Virus record (IMG/VR): IMGVR_UViG_3300025584_000449
Span: 1-64,000 of that record
Origin: a virus
Length of the DNA: 64,000 bases
Direction: 5' to 3' (one strand)
The position numbers and the translations under genes are program-made. The first letter of the stretch is position 1. Each line of letters opens with the position of its first letter. This document shows positions 46,860-56,133 of the stretch, one piece after another. The notes below the pieces were generated by a model. It ran no database searches. It was not told the origin of the DNA and saw only the letters and a list, made by a program, of their open reading frames with translations.

Positions 46860-49420
46860 TAGTTATTTTCTCTATTCTTAATAGCTCCCGCTATTCCAAA
46901 TCCTACTAATACTAATAACGCTATTAACGCTTTAGACTTAATAGGTGAAGCTTCTTCTATCTCTGCTGTTGTTAGCAGAAGACTTTTTCCACTTATACTA
47001 TAATGTATAGATCCAGCTTCAGTTGAGACCACTGTCTCAATATCTTTTCCATCCACTGCTACGTTGTATGCAGTGTTAGGAAGTAAGTCGAAAATATAGC
47101 AGTCATAATCCCCAGGCACAGTATAATAGAGGGATACCAGTGCTGAGTCCTGATTGTAAGTGTCAAGGAAAGACACTAACACATTTCCAATCTTAAACGA
47201 AGCTCTACTGTCAGACTCGTGACTGAGCTTAATTACTGTATCTGCTATAGAGTCTTTCGGATTAGCTTGTACCACGGTTAAGTAATTATAGTAGTCAAAG
47301 GTGTCTTTCGTACTATACTCAACTCTCCACTGTCCACCATAAATATTTTCGGAATTTGGGAAAGGATCAAAATTGTGAGTATCTACCCAATATTCATACC
47401 CTTCTCCACCGATTTTCTTAATTTCTATTTCATGGTTAGACCATATATCTACTGTAGCCTTACCTGTGTTACCTATAATATTGAATGTACTATTAGGGAA
47501 TGTACTTATATGTCCAGGAACTTCTACGCTATCTGGACTTAAGGTAAACTCAGGCTCATAAATACTATTTAAATTCAATGTTACTGGGAAATCAAATCCA
47601 TCATAAACATCTATCCTATCAAAAGTGATTACTATATCGTGATCACGTAAGTATACGTACTCTCTATCTACGTGATCTACTTTAGGCCTACAGTCGAGTT
47701 TATTTAATCTTGACTCTCCGTAAGTTTCAAGCCAACCCTCGTTAGCGTACGCATTAGTTAAATCACCTAATCCATACACATAGGATTCATCTTGATATCT
47801 ACGGGTCATGTCTGCAGTATCATGCAATATTAGCTGTCTATTATATGGCACATCAAAGCTATTTACTCCATCAAGTTCAGCAGTTTCTAGAGTTTCTCTC
47901 CATGGGAACATTTGACCACCAACATTTAATAGAACAGGATCTCCTTCGAAGGAGAAGTCAGTTCGTTGGTAATCTAGATTATTCCACCCTTTATTTTCTT
48001 CTGGATCAAAAACTCTTATAGTATTTCCAGCTACTGCTTGGTGATGATGCTTCAGAACAGTGATTCCACCGCCACCGTCGTATAATCCTGCATGTGTTAA
48101 CAAGATGTCACCAAATGCATATAAGTAGTGAGTACCTTGATCTGCGCAATTCTGATTAAACCAAATACTATTACCAGCTTGGAAGGAAGTCCACATTCTG
48201 GGCTCTACGCCAGCAGGAGTCCACTCAGAGCGCGAGAGCATTAAACCTACCCAATCACCATAATAAGATAACGGTAGGTTACTTTCTGTAATAGGCTCTA
48301 CTGAAGACTCTTTATCTTTAAATATTACACCCCAATGACTAGAGTATCTATAATCTCTAGAGGGCTGTAATTCTGCAGTAGGTTGATTGTTTAAGAACCA
48401 TCTTACATATTTACCATTAATATCTTCTGGATACCAATCACTTAAAATATAAGCAGTTACAGCCTCGCTCGGGAAATATCCATCACCCTTTTGAGCGTTA
48501 AACCCGTGAGGATTTCTCCAGAAATGGTACTTACTATGCTCATCTACCCACACATAATCATATATAAATGCTTTTAAGTAATTTTTAAAATGTGGGATCT
48601 CTGATGCTGCATCATAATTTACTGCTGTTCTCATAGCATCTGCATATAAAGCCACATTTTTCATTGTACCAGCGCCATAGTCTCTTCCACTTGGTGGGAG
48701 ACCACTTTTCCAGGTAGCTAGATTATCGTGTTCAGGGCCTGCGTATCCTAATGACATTCTAACCCATTTCCAACGATCTTCCATACCAGTTTCTACATAA
48801 TCTTCCCATCTGGGATCTTCACCACCAATAGCTAATCCCCATACAGGAGCACCCCATAAAGCTTTTACAGCTCCATTAAAATAAGGTGAGCCGTGTCGTC
48901 TAGGAACCCCATATTCATCTTCCCAATTATATATATCATACCAATTCCAGAAACCAATTGTTGGGTTATCGGGATCTTTAAATTTAGGTACTGCACATAC
49001 CCAATCTCTATATTCAGCTTTTAGGCTATCCGTGAATCCTGGGTAGTTATATATCCAGTCGTATATGCACGCAAAACTATTAAATAAATGACCATTAGAG
49101 TTAAAATTAACTTTAAGCTCATTTTCAATCATGTAGTCAAATGTTTTTTGTAGCGCAAGTTCTGCGTGTGTAGTATCTCCGGTAACTGCATATATTAATG
49201 CGTTTCCTTTGGCACCTTCCCAATTACTTCTATTTGCAAGATCATTTAGCTTACCCCATTCATATGAGTCTGGTAAATAATGTTGATTGTAAGCTCTTTC
49301 AATACGCTCAGGAGTTAAATAGAGTCTTGGATGATCATTAAAATCATACTCTTGAGCAGTTGCAAAACTAGCTGTACATACTAGAAGTAAAGAGAAAATA
49401 CCAACAAGTAGTTTATTCAT
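46859..49420 (-). CDS. Secreted, C-terminally anchored heparinase II/III-like protein
   Basis: Signal peptide from M at 49420; HPRLYLT; RSEW...HAGLY..H..NTI; C-terminal TM helix plus basic tail. Confidence 0.6.
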   Translation of the reverse strand: MNKLLVGIFSLLLVCTASFATAQEYDFNDHPRLYLTPERIERAYNQHYLPDSYEWGKLNDLANRSNWEGAKGNALIYAVTGDTTHAELALQKTFDYMIENELKVNFNSNGHLFNSFACIYDWIYNYPGFTDSLKAEYRDWVCAVPKFKDPDNPTIGFWNWYDIYNWEDEYGVPRRHGSPYFNGAVKALWGAPVWGLAIGGEDPRWEDYVETGMEDRWKWVRMSLGYAGPEHDNLATWKSGLPPSGRDYGAGTMKNVALYADAMRTAVNYDAASEIPHFKNYLKAFIYDYVWVDEHSKYHFWRNPHGFNAQKGDGYFPSEAVTAYILSDWYPEDINGKYVRWFLNNQPTAELQPSRDYRYSSHWGVIFKDKESSVEPITESNLPLSYYGDWVGLMLSRSEWTPAGVEPRMWTSFQAGNSIWFNQNCADQGTHYLYAFGDILLTHAGLYDGGGGITVLKHHHQAVAGNTIRVFDPEENKGWNNLDYQRTDFSFEGDPVLLNVGGQMFPWRETLETAELDGVNSFDVPYNRQLILHDTADMTRRYQDESYVYGLGDLTNAYANEGWLETYGESRLNKLDCRPKVDHVDREYVYLRDHDIVITFDRIDVYDGFDFPVTLNLNSIYEPEFTLSPDSVEVPGHISTFPNSTFNIIGNTGKATVDIWSNHEIEIKKIGGEGYEYWVDTHNFDPFPNSENIYGGQWRVEYSTKDTFDYYNYLTVVQANPKDSIADTVIKLSHESDSRASFKIGNVLVSFLDTYNQDSALVSLYYTVPGDYDCYIFDLLPNTAYNVAVDGKDIETVVSTEAGSIHYSISGKSLLLTTAEIEEASPIKSKALIALLVLVGFGIAGAIKNRENN

Positions 49421-49433
49421 ATCTCTCCAATAT

Positions 49434-49793
49434 TTAAGTAAGTTTTTTATTCGATAAATTAGCAATTTTTGATAAACTAGCCAATGAATCTATAGGTTCA
49501 AGAGTTTCCAATAATTCCATACCTTCTAAAAATTCGTCAAACTCTTCTTCTGTTTCTGTCTTAACTACTATAATAGCTAAATTATATACTAATTGATCTA
49601 AATTGGTTAAAATACAGTTTGGTGTATTTAACCACTGATCTAGCCTAGTTAAAACTTCATGAGTACGTTGAACACCTTTAACTAAAACATAAAATTGAAC
49701 TTCTTCTAAGTCGTTTATTGTTTGCGCGTTATCATTTATGTTTTTCTTTAATGAGCACTCTTCATCAATTTCTATCGCAACTAAGTAGTTCAT
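49434..49793 (-). CDS. Hypothetical protein
   Basis: 119-aa ORF. Confidence 0.5.
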   Translation of the reverse strand: MNYLVAIEIDEECSLKKNINDNAQTINDLEEVQFYVLVKGVQRTHEVLTRLDQWLNTPNCILTNLDQLVYNLAIIVVKTETEEEFDEFLEGMELLETLEPIDSLASLSKIANLSNKKLT

Positions 49794-49857
49794 GAAAACC
49801 TACCTTTAGGGTATAAAAGTTATTATATAATACCCCAAATATGGCTGGCTGTCAATG

Positions 49858-50130
49858 TCAATCCCAGCCTTCTTCTGTCTTTTTATCAAGCCATTTCTTG
49901 AAACATCCTGAATTTCCATCATAATGTTTTCTTGTTTTTGTGGATTTTACTTTATCTTTTCCATATTTAGTTGTGGTATATCCGCTATATCCTTGATACC
50001 CACTATCATATAATACAGGTTTACCGCAAAATTCACATATTTTCAAACGTTCGTCATCTAAAGAAATAATTTCTTCGTCTGGCTTACCTTCCCGTTTTCT
50101 TTTCTGTCTTCTATTTGCTGCTTTAGACAA
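49858..50130 (-). CDS. Hypothetical protein
   Basis: 90-aa ORF downstream of a GGTATAAGAA motif. Confidence 0.5.
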   Translation of the reverse strand: MSKAANRRQKRKREGKPDEEIISLDDERLKICEFCGKPVLYDSGYQGYSGYTTTKYGKDKVKSTKTRKHYDGNSGCFKKWLDKKTEEGWD

Positions 50131-50184
50131 ATATTCCTCCTTTACTATTTTTCTTATACCTTTATAAGATAAAAAAATGGGGTA

Positions 50185-50982
50185 TTAAACCCCACTTTTT
50201 ACTCTTCTGTTCTTTAGCATTTTGTCCCTGATCTTCATACCCTTAATAATGTTAGCTACGTTTTTTGTAATCACTTGACCATTGCCTTTATTAATCATAA
50301 AGTCAATTTTAGCATTCCCAATATCCTCATCTAACAGTTCGCTTACTAGCTTTCTGTTAGACAATGAATACCTGAGCCAACTTCTTATTCTTACTATCTG
50401 ACCTCTAACCGTATCCTCTGTGGTCTCGGCTATTTTTGCTACTTCAGCGCTGGTGTGTTTTTCATGTCCGTCAAGGCCATAAAGAAGACAAACTAAATCT
50501 TTTTCCCACGGCTCAAGCCAAAGAGTTAACATTTTATTTATTAGCTCTTGTTCTTCTTTAGTCTCGTATTGTATGTCTGAAGTATTACCTACAATAACAC
50601 TCGAATACTCTAAGAAATCATGTTTGTTCACAAAATTTTTCTGCAAAGCTTCAATAGAGAAAGTTCCAATAGGAAGTTGCTTTTTAATTCTAAATGTGTT
50701 AATGATAAAATGTTTAATTTTAACAGCACACCTAACATCAAAAGTAACTTCTTCTTCAGAAGAACCTTTCCACGTGTCAATTGCTTTTAATACTCCCAGT
50801 CTTCCTATTTGCTTAAGATCGTCTATATCGTGTGTTGGTATACAACGGTTAGGTTTGAGATACCTATCATATCTCTTAGCAAAATAGATAATGGCAGGTG
50901 TGGCTATTTTTAATATTTCTTCAATAGCTTTCTTATCTTTATTTTGAGCTTTAAAAATTATAGAGTCTTGAACATTTTCCAC
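50185..50982 (-). CDS. sigma70-family sigma factor-like protein
   Basis: Region 2 DDLKQIGRLGVLKAIDTW; region 4 LLYGLDG.E.HTSAEVAKI..TTEDTVR. Confidence 0.75.
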   Translation of the reverse strand: MENVQDSIIFKAQNKDKKAIEEILKIATPAIIYFAKRYDRYLKPNRCIPTHDIDDLKQIGRLGVLKAIDTWKGSSEEEVTFDVRCAVKIKHFIINTFRIKKQLPIGTFSIEALQKNFVNKHDFLEYSSVIVGNTSDIQYETKEEQELINKMLTLWLEPWEKDLVCLLYGLDGHEKHTSAEVAKIAETTEDTVRGQIVRIRSWLRYSLSNRKLVSELLDEDIGNAKIDFMINKGNGQVITKNVANIIKGMKIRDKMLKNRRVKSGV

Positions 50983-51010
50983 TAACTTCTCCTTAATAGT
51001 GAATGGGTAT

Positions 51011-51083
51011 GTGGAGCTGAAGAGGATCGAACTCTTGACCGCCGGATTGCAAACCCGGTGCTCTACCGCTGAGCTACAGCCCC
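51011..51083 (-). tRNA. tRNA-Ala(TGC)
   Basis: Cloverleaf; G3.U70. Confidence 0.9.
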
Positions 51084-51089
51084 AGTAAC

Positions 51090-51389
51090 CTAGTTACTTA
51101 ATTCTTTATGTAATTCTTCTTTTGTTAGCAATGCAGTATGAATGGTTCCATCTGCCATAAGAATTCTACCATAGTTCCTGCCTGTGGGAAGAGGAAGTCC
51201 TCTTTCCTTAGCAATCTTTAATTCTTTTGACCATTTTCCGCCAGAAGGGTCTGCTACCTCAGGAACTTGCCCAACTCCAGGAAGCCTAGACTGCCTAAGC
51301 TCCATAATATGCTCTGGATTGATAATGGCCATGCGAGTCTTACCAGCATCAGGATGGCCAACGAATACTTCAATCTCTCTAAATCTCAT
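51090..51389 (-). CDS. Hypothetical protein
   Basis: 99-aa ORF. Confidence 0.5.
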   Translation of the reverse strand: MRFREIEVFVGHPDAGKTRMAIINPEHIMELRQSRLPGVGQVPEVADPSGGKWSKELKIAKERGLPLPTGRNYGRILMADGTIHTALLTKEELHKELSN

Positions 51390-51474
51390 TAGAAAACCTC
51401 TGTTTAAATTTAATTATCATACAACTTTTTCAACCGTTCCAACTCTTTACGCTCTCTCACTTCTTTATTAGCTG

Positions 51475-51768
51475 CTAAAGTAATTTTCTTTTTCTAGCAG
51501 ATACTTTAGCTTTCTTATTTCTCTCTATTCGAGCATCGTACTCTGTGTCAGTCTCATCGCGGGTATATTTTATCTCTGCTTCTAGTTGTGGATCTACATC
51601 ATTATAATAGCCCCAGCATACTCCTGCTTCTAGGCGTAATGTTGCTTTTTCCCCATAGTTTACTATTAACTCTTGAATTACTTCTTCCCATTTTATTAAT
51701 GGAATTTCACCTAGATATTTGAATTTATCTTCAACATCTACTTTCTCATTTATTTGTTTTTTCTTCAT
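51475..51768 (-). CDS. Hypothetical protein
   Basis: 97-aa ORF. Confidence 0.5.
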   Translation of the reverse strand: MKKKQINEKVDVEDKFKYLGEIPLIKWEEVIQELIVNYGEKATLRLEAGVCWGYYNDVDPQLEAEIKYTRDETDTEYDARIERNKKAKVSARKRKLL

Positions 51769-51779
51769 TTATCACCTCA

Positions 51780-51865
51780 GGTACAGGAGGAGAGACTCGA
51801 ACTCTCAAGCCCTTTCGAGCACTAGAACCTAAATCTAGCGTGTATGCCAATTCCACCACTCCTGC
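51780..51865 (-). tRNA. tRNA-Leu(TAG)
   Basis: Cloverleaf with long variable arm. Confidence 0.9.
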
Positions 51866-51872
51866 ACTTATT

Positions 51873-52103
51873 CTATTCTAATTCAGCTTTTTTCTTTTCA
51901 AGTTCGCGCACTTCTCTTTCGAGTTTTGCTATTTCTTTACGAAGAGCTTTTTCTTCATTTTTCTTTCTATGCCAGTCGTCCTCGAACTGTTCGAGATCTT
52001 TTATTTGTTCAATCTTAGCTTCCATACGATTACCCATGCTTTGGGCTTCTTCAATTAATCCAAGAAATCCTGCGAAATTACGGCTTTTATACATTTTTCG
52101 CAT
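51873..52103 (-). CDS. Small coiled-coil protein
   Basis: E/K-rich 76-aa ORF. Confidence 0.5.
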   Translation of the reverse strand: MRKMYKSRNFAGFLGLIEEAQSMGNRMEAKIEQIKDLEQFEDDWHRKKNEEKALRKEIAKLEREVRELEKKKAELE

Positions 52104-52186
52104 AGGGCTCGAACCTATATTTACTCATTTGTCTCGGTGCCAGGAAAAAAATCAATGAGTCTTCTACCAATTGAATTACAGGGACA
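52098..52186 (-). pseudogene. Degenerate tRNA-like remnant
   Basis: D arm (AATTGGTAGAAG), CTCAT/ATGAG stem with an oversized loop, T arm ATAGG-TTCGAGC-CCTAT, no matching 3' acceptor strand. Confidence 0.45.
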
Positions 52187-52201
52187 CATTAATTTCTCAC
52201 A

Positions 52202-52287
52202 GGCGGATAGTATAGGATTTGAACCTATAAGAGCTTTCACACTCGATGCATTAGCAGTGCACTTCCTTACCGTTCGGACAACTATCC
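52202..52287 (-). tRNA. tRNA-Ser(GCT)
   Basis: Cloverleaf with long variable arm. Confidence 0.88.
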
Positions 52288-52324
52288 TTAAAAGTAAAGC
52301 CCTCCATAATTAGAGGGCTTTAAT

Positions 52325-52415
52325 TGGCGGCACGTCTAGGATTTGAACCCAGAGAAGCTGTTACACTCGTGGCCGATTTCAAGTCGGCTGCAATACCAGA
52401 TTATGCGAACGTGCC
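52325..52415 (-). tRNA. tRNA-Ser(TGA)
   Basis: Loop CTTGAAA; CCA encoded. Confidence 0.88.
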
Positions 52416-52418
52416 AAA

Positions 52419-53324
52419 TTACATAAATTGCGCCCAAGTCTTAGGATTTGTAAATGCGTGAGAGCTGCATTGGCTACCGCCAAATTCTGGTCTTTCCTCA
52501 TAACATAACCCTACCTTAAGATCTGTTTGTCTAGCTATTTCTAATACCTCTCTAAAAATTACTTCTAGAGATGTTCCAATTGGATGTCCACCTTCTGGTC
52601 TTACTGTTTTCACCCAGTCTGTTCCATTAGACGCCAGACCTTTTACTAGTACTGAATCATTTGGTTGTGCTCCTTCAGCTAGCTCTTCAGGAGAGATCCA
52701 TTTACCTACGGATTCCCAAAGTCTAGCACCATATCTACGACCTCTTCCATTGACCATCATCTCTTTATTACGGAGAGCACCAAATGCTCTGCACATGTGC
52801 TCGCATTCTTCTAGCATCGGTTGTGCCCAGTCTCCTGGTCCATATAGAGGCCATGCAGTTGTTCTTATATAATACGGTAGCTGCCAATAGTTTTTATTGG
52901 GAGACCAGTCATCTAAGAATAAACCACATCCTTCTAATTTATTAGCCATGTCCCACACCATTTGAAGGAATCTTTGGTTATGGAATTTATCTATAACGAA
53001 TAGATAAGGGCTTTTAATGCTTTTTAGTTCCGGCATTCCCAAGTCACCGGGAGCTGCATGGAATCTGGGGGAACTAGAGTCGATTACCTTGTAGATAGAA
53101 TCGCCCCACCAATCAATATACTTATATGATTTTTTGTGGAACTCTTTACCTAGTTTGGGATCAATATCTCTGTCAACAGAGTGTGATCCTCCTGCTGTAA
53201 ACACGAACTGATCATAAGGGATCAGGTCTTCTACTTGCCCATTTTGTACTGCCCAGTATGGGGAGTTGCCATACAAGAAGCAGATATTTCTGACAGCTCC
53301 TTTTTTTGTTTTTGATTTTGCCAT
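52419..53324 (-). CDS. Hypothetical protein, possible glycoside hydrolase-like TIM barrel
   Basis: Trp-rich; GLFLDDW motif. Confidence 0.4.
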   Translation of the reverse strand: MAKSKTKKGAVRNICFLYGNSPYWAVQNGQVEDLIPYDQFVFTAGGSHSVDRDIDPKLGKEFHKKSYKYIDWWGDSIYKVIDSSSPRFHAAPGDLGMPELKSIKSPYLFVIDKFHNQRFLQMVWDMANKLEGCGLFLDDWSPNKNYWQLPYYIRTTAWPLYGPGDWAQPMLEECEHMCRAFGALRNKEMMVNGRGRRYGARLWESVGKWISPEELAEGAQPNDSVLVKGLASNGTDWVKTVRPEGGHPIGTSLEVIFREVLEIARQTDLKVGLCYEERPEFGGSQCSSHAFTNPKTWAQFM

Positions 53325-53372
53325 TATTTCCTACTTTGTTTATATGATTATGTCTAACATTGAATGTTTCCT

Positions 53373-53402
53373 ATAATATACTAAAACAAAGTAAAAAGTC
53401 AA
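53373..53402 (-). promoter_or_regulatory. sigma70-like promoter
   Basis: TTGACT, 16-18 nt, TATATT/TATTAT. Confidence 0.55.
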
Positions 53403-53405
53403 TAA

Positions 53406-53480
53406 GAAAGGCTGGTCGGACTCGAACCGACGAATAATGGATTTGCAATCCATCGCCTTAGCCAACTTGGCAACAGCCTT
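53406..53480 (-). tRNA. tRNA-Cys(GCA)
   Basis: Cloverleaf; U73. Confidence 0.88.
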
Positions 53481-53487
53481 TTAGGAT

Positions 53488-53560
53488 GAGCGGGTAGTCG
53501 GGATCGAACCGACGACAAGCAACTTGGAAGGATGCCACTCTACCACTGAGTTATACCCGC
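53488..53560 (-). tRNA. tRNA-Gly(TCC)
   Basis: Cloverleaf. Confidence 0.9.
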
Positions 53561-53563
53561 TTA

Positions 53564-53639
53564 GGTATGGAAGGTGAGACTCGAACTCACGACCCCCTGC
53601 TCCCAAAGCAGGTACGCTACCGGACTGCGCCACTTCCAT
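53564..53639 (-). tRNA. tRNA-Pro(TGG)
   Basis: Cloverleaf. Confidence 0.88.
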
Positions 53640-53646
53640 ATGCAGA

Positions 53647-53707
53647 GTGCCAGGTGCCCATTAAAAACGCGACCTCTTAATGTTGGGTTGCACCCAACCC
53701 CTGGCAC
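53647..53707 (-). ncRNA. Three-way-junction small RNA candidate
   Basis: GTGCCAGG/CCTGGCAC closing stem; GTTGGG/CCCAAC and CATTAA/TTAATG hairpins. Confidence 0.45.
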
Positions 53708-53709
53708 AA

Positions 53710-53907
53710 TTAAACTAGACCTTTCCTTACTCCTGGAAGGTCCATAAATCTATTCATATTGTCTTCCCTATTCTCCATGATTACTTTTATCTCATCAAGA
53801 GAGTAAGGAAAGAAATCGTGGGTATCAACTCCGACATCTATTTGTTTCCCGATGCCTGGAAGTGTACCATGTGAATGACCATATAGTTGCCATGAATTAA
53901 AATGACT
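53710..53907 (-). pseudogene. C-terminal remnant of a calcineurin-like metallophosphoesterase
   Basis: SHFNSWQLYGHSHG...DVGVD with no start codon, in frame after the stop of ORF 53908-54186. Confidence 0.6.
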
Positions 53908-54186
53908 TTAGTCGCCATTGTGTGATCCTTCCATGACAGACTCCCAATCAATCTCTGTTTTGTCGCAGACTAAATGGTTGCTGTTGTTCCAGTAGAAATC
54001 TAGTCTGTGTGTGATATCGCGGAAGGGGACGTTTACCTCATCCTCACTTGTAGGAACAACGTATCTTCCTTCAAGAGCCATCCTTCGCACTAGCGCAGTA
54101 GCTATAGTTTTTCTTGGTTCTGTAATTTCACATATGCCAAGGTCTTTAACTTCTACAACCATACCTTCTGAAAGAGGAATAATCAT
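53908..54186 (-). CDS. Hypothetical protein
   Basis: 92-aa ORF with SD. Confidence 0.5.
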   Translation of the reverse strand: MIIPLSEGMVVEVKDLGICEITEPRKTIATALVRRMALEGRYVVPTSEDEVNVPFRDITHRLDFYWNNSNHLVCDKTEIDWESVMEGSHNGD

Positions 54187-54204
54187 TCTGTTTCCTTTCT
54201 TTTA

Positions 54205-54280
54205 GGGGTGACCGACGGAATTCGAATCCGTATATGACCAGTACCACAAACTGGCGCTTTACCAATTAAGCTACGGCCAC
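54205..54280 (-). tRNA. tRNA-His(GTG)
   Basis: Cloverleaf; C73. Confidence 0.88.
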
Positions 54281-54281
54281 G

Positions 54282-54411
54282 GGTGGAAAGATCTGGATTC
54301 GAACCAGAGTCTGATGGGTTTAGCCCATTGTTTTAGCCACGTTACTTACTAAACGTTTAAATAGACACTGTACACATGTCCCGTTAGCTTTCATTCCAAA
54401 ACTATCTTCCC
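54282..54411 (-). ncRNA. 130-nt tRNA-like RNA with an Ala-type acceptor and no anticodon arm
   Basis: GGGAAGA/TCTTTCC-A-CC with G3.U70; T arm TCTGG-TTCGAAT-CCAGA; branched interior. Confidence 0.6.
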
Positions 54412-54412
54412 A

Positions 54413-54486
54413 GGTGGCGGAGGTGGGTAACGATCTCACTTGCCCTGGCTTATGAAACCAAGTACCGTACCTACGGTGTCTCCGCT
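54413..54486 (-). tRNA. Atypical tRNA-Met(CAT), possibly initiator-like
   Basis: A1:C72 mismatch; loop TTCATAA; deviant T loop ATCGTTA. Confidence 0.6.
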
Positions 54487-54917
54487 CTATAATTATTATC
54501 TCTTATATCTTGTATAGTTTTTCTATGTACTCCATATTTTTTAGCAATCTGATTTATACCTTTTTTATTTGTTATATCTTTTCTAATATTTTTAATATCT
54601 TTATCAGAAAGTTTACAATTTGGATGTTTTTCTCCTTTTAATCTTGTACTTACTCTACAATTACAAGACAAGTGAGAAAATGCTATATTATCTAAATCCC
54701 AAAATAAGTCCGGGCTATTATCAAGCCATGGTTTTTTATGATCTATTGAAAATTGTTCTATTGTTTCAATTTTCTCGTTACATTGAAAACATATATCTTT
54801 TTTTAGCTCTTGTGCTAATTTGAACATAACTTTTTTTCTTAGTCTGTTACATGCAGTACTATAAGACACTCCAAGTTGTTCGGTTTTTCTACTATTGTGA
54901 TTTTTCTTTTTTTTCAA
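54471..54917 (-). CDS. HNH endonuclease with C-terminal HTH
   Basis: CFQC...SIDHKKPW...NIAFSHLSCN; INQIAKKYGV; last codons overlap the tRNA-Met. Confidence 0.8.
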   Translation of the reverse strand: MKKKKNHNSRKTEQLGVSYSTACNRLRKKVMFKLAQELKKDICFQCNEKIETIEQFSIDHKKPWLDNSPDLFWDLDNIAFSHLSCNCRVSTRLKGEKHPNCKLSDKDIKNIRKDITNKKGINQIAKKYGVHRKTIQDIRDNNYRAETP

Positions 54918-54947
54918 ATTAAAGTTTCAGGTTAAGGTTAGTTAATG

Positions 54948-55021
54948 GGTAGCCCTAGGGAGAATCGAACTCCCATTTCCAGGTCGAAAACCTAGCGTCC
55001 TAGCCGTTAGACGATAGGGCC
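54948..55021 (-). tRNA. tRNA-Glu(TTC)
   Basis: Cloverleaf. Confidence 0.88.
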
Positions 55022-55192
55022 AGCGCTGGTAGTTTCCTACCAGCTATTTATCAAAGTAATCAAGAATAAAATACCCACCAACCATGAGAATTATACCGCT
55101 AATTCCTAAAAACCCTAAGATCATTAAGAGTTTAATAAATAGAAATATAGCTCCTAATCCTAAAACTCCTAATCCTAACAATTCAGTAAACT

Positions 55193-55987
55193 TCATTCGT
55201 AATTCCTCTCTGAATGATAAGCCGGATGTCTAGGTATTCCAGCTTTAGTTTTTTCAAAATAAGTAAATGTTACTTTACTCCCTATTGCGGGTGGGTTCTC
55301 TCTTTCTTCATCAGAAAACCCCGTACCAACCTTAAATTGCTTTCCTTCAAACTCACATATTAGAGCACCTAGGCGTCCTTCATGTTTTCCTTTGCCTGGT
55401 TGATACTCCATCACTAGCGCTTCATCAGAGATAAACTCTTTTACTTTTAGAAGATGGGAGCTACGTTTCCCTACATATGGGGAGTCAGGCGCTCTTAGCA
55501 TTGTGCCTTCTCCACCACCATCTAATATCTTTTGTTTGAACTCATTAAAGTGCTCTAAGTCTCTACATAGTGTTTGTTCTACTATTTTACAATGCTTTGG
55601 TAGAGCTAGGCTATCAAGTTCTGTTTGTCTTTCTTCAAATGTACCTTCATCTATAATATCAAATATCATAAAAATAACATCTGTCCAAGGATCTTCGTGA
55701 CGTCTTACAACTCCTACTGTATTCTGGAACTCTCCTCTACCAATCCATAATTCCCCATCGAGAATAGTATCTTTTGGAAGATCTTTGATAAATCGTTCAG
55801 GTGCATAAAATACTTTATCTGCACGAGATCTTAACTCTGTTCCATTCCATACAGCGCGTACGCCATCTAATTTTTCACTCATCCAATGGCCGGATGGGTC
55901 TTCATCTTTATATGTCTTCGCTAACATTACTTTTATCACGTATTCATTTTTTTTAATTCTTTCCTTTTCTTTTATATATTTAGTCAC
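55193..55987 (-). CDS. Compact ATP-dependent DNA ligase
   Basis: SEKLDGVRA, LDGELW, EGTMLR, LLKVK, VGTGFSD. Confidence 0.93.
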   Translation of the reverse strand: MTKYIKEKERIKKNEYVIKVMLAKTYKDEDPSGHWMSEKLDGVRAVWNGTELRSRADKVFYAPERFIKDLPKDTILDGELWIGRGEFQNTVGVVRRHEDPWTDVIFMIFDIIDEGTFEERQTELDSLALPKHCKIVEQTLCRDLEHFNEFKQKILDGGGEGTMLRAPDSPYVGKRSSHLLKVKEFISDEALVMEYQPGKGKHEGRLGALICEFEGKQFKVGTGFSDEERENPPAIGSKVTFTYFEKTKAGIPRHPAYHSERNYE

Positions 55988-56133
55988 CTTGGATATCCAT
56001 CAAGCGTTTCGAATTAACTCATTACTAATTCTTAAAGAACTAGTAACCTCAGCCTATTGAGTTAGGACGATGACCAGGAAGACTTAACTTACAATACTTA
56101 CAAAAGCATTATAATCGTGTGTCCCTCCCTTTA

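Noticed and set aside
52325-52415. Selenocysteine or suppressor tRNA
   Set aside because: The anticodon reads TGA (Ser), not TCA; the acceptor stem is a normal 7 bp.
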